A DNA stretch of 64,000 nucleotides, from contig CAZLQI010000006.1 of NCBI GenBank assembly GCA_964561765.1, forward strand, positions 3,297 to 67,296. The letters run 5' to 3'. Source of the DNA: an uncultured Chromatiales bacterium. GTDB lineage: Bacteria; Pseudomonadota; Gammaproteobacteria; DATFLL01. Numbering within the stretch: position 1 is the first letter of the stretch; every line of letters begins with the position of its first letter. Position numbers and translations under genes: made by a program. Positions 63,008 through 64,000 of this stretch are shown here, one piece after another. The notes beneath the pieces are model-generated. The model had not been told where the DNA came from, ran no database searches, and saw only the letters and a list, made by a program, of their open reading frames with translations.

Positions 63008-64000
63008 TTATTTTGATGCTGTGGCATGGATGTGGTGATGTTCCCGGGTGACGGCCCGGTGACCGATGTCCCGACGGTAATAGACCCCCTCCCAGTGGAT
63101 CCGCCCGACCAGCTCATAGGCCCGTTGCCGGGCATCGCTGACCCGTTCGCCGAGGCCAACGGCGCACAATACGCGCCCACCATTGGTGACCGTTTCGGGG
63201 CCGCACTCAGCGGTGCCGGCATGGAATACCTTGGCGCCAGCAATGGTGGTGGTATCGGGCAGGCCGTGGATGACATCGCCCTTGCGGTAGTGGCCAGGAT
63301 AGCCACCGGCGGCCAGTACCACGCCGAGGGCGGCACGCGGATCCCATTCAGCGGTGAGCCGATCGAGGCGGTGGTCGAGCCCAGCCTGAATCAGTTCCAC
63401 CAGATCAGAGCGCAGGCGCATCATGATGGGCTGGGTCTCGGGATCGCCGAAGCGGCAGTTGTACTCCAGTGCCCTGGGCGTGCCGTCGTCGCCGATCATG
63501 ACTCCGGCGTAGAGAAAACCGGTATAGGGATGGCCTTCTATAGCCATGCCGCGCACGGTGGGCGCGATGATCTCGGCCATGATGCGCTCGTGGATGGCGG
63601 GGGTGACCACCGGGGCCGGCGAGTAGGCCCCCATGCCGCCAGTGTTGGGGCCGGTGTCGCCGTCGTCGCGGGCCTTGTGGTCCTGCGAGGTGGCCAGAGG
63701 CAGGATGTGCTCGCCGTCGACCATGACAATGAAGCTGGCCTCCTCGCCGGTGAGATATTCCTCGATGACCACACGGTGGCCGGCGTCACCGAAGCGATTG
63801 CCGGCGAGCATGTCACGGACCGCGGCAATGGCGTCGTCTTCGGTCTGGGCGAGGATCACCCCCTTGCCCGCCGCCAGACCATCGGCCTTGACCACGATGG
63901 GGGCACCCTGGGCGCGGATGTAGGCGATACCCGCCCCAACCTCGGTGAAGTTGGCGTAGGCCGCAGTGGGGATGTGATGACGGGCGAGAAAATCCTTGGT
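63008..64000 (-). CDS. purD: Phosphoribosylamine--glycine ligase (3' portion; 5' end beyond the window)
   Basis: VKADGLAAGKGV...ATP-grasp and C-terminal PurD motifs; no start codon inside the window. Confidence 0.9.
   Translation of the reverse strand, partial: TKDFLARHHIPTAAYANFTEVGAGIAYIRAQGAPIVVKADGLAAGKGVILAQTEDDAIAAVRDMLAGNRFGDAGHRVVIEEYLTGEEASFIVMVDGEHILPLATSQDHKARDDGDTGPNTGGMGAYSPAPVVTPAIHERIMAEIIAPTVRGMAIEGHPYTGFLYAGVMIGDDGTPRALEYNCRFGDPETQPIMMRLRSDLVELIQAGLDHRLDRLTAEWDPRAALGVVLAAGGYPGHYRKGDVIHGLPDTTTIAGAKVFHAGTAECGPETVTNGGRVLCAVGLGERVSDARQRAYELVGRIHWEGVYYRRDIGHRAVTREHHHIHATASK

Overview
This is a 64 kb chromosomal segment at roughly 62-64% GC from a gammaproteobacterium, probably a sulfur-oxidising chemolithoautotroph. 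Evidence for that: phosphoribulokinase, three single-domain rhodaneses, a DsrE2-like protein, a split YeeE/YedE pair, glutaredoxin, gshA and thiopurine methyltransferase. Most of the window is conserved housekeeping: yegQ/trhP, hslVU-DUF971-ubiE-ubiJ-ubiB, the gpmI-envC-ctpA-yibQ block facing yibN-grxC-secB-gpsA as in E. coli/Pseudomonas, metH, gshA, pepN, yadGH-like ABC-2, dinB, prk and purD. Accessory blocks between them: (1) two orphan tandem MlaC paralogs next to a large REC-REC-PAS-GGDEF-EAL protein. (2) A lower-GC ArsR-family regulator plus a DUF2892 gene carrying an in-frame TGA, inserted in front of the yibN-like rhodanese. (3) A PepSY / PhoPQ-like two-component / PhnD-like periplasmic protein / ArnT-like GT83 envelope locus, followed by tpm, a fructosamine kinase and an LpxL-like acyltransferase. 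(4) An SPFH-NfeD pair followed by rhodanese and DsrE2-like genes, with a perfect 19-nt palindrome in the upstream region. (5) The candidate undescribed system: an FHA-centred module with three paralogous FHA domains (one fused to an ExeA/GspA-type AAA+ ATPase) interleaved with yajD, a rhodanese and a cytoplasmic SBP-fold protein, and no Ser/Thr kinase or PP2C phosphatase in the window. (6) A small WYL-like protein divergent from dinB. (7) An ankyrin protein with a Cys/His-rich N-terminus upstream of an overlapping split YeeE/YedE pair. Non-coding observations: G/C homopolymer tracts of 8-10 nt in several intergenic regions, including G10 24 nt upstream of a glycosyltransferase start. A 250-nt AT-rich island with nested inverted repeats. 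Tandem CGTGTCAT repeats upstream of a tetR gene. No tRNA, rRNA, CRISPR array, transposase or integrase was recognised. All calls rest on reading the translated ORFs and motif recognition; no database searches were run.
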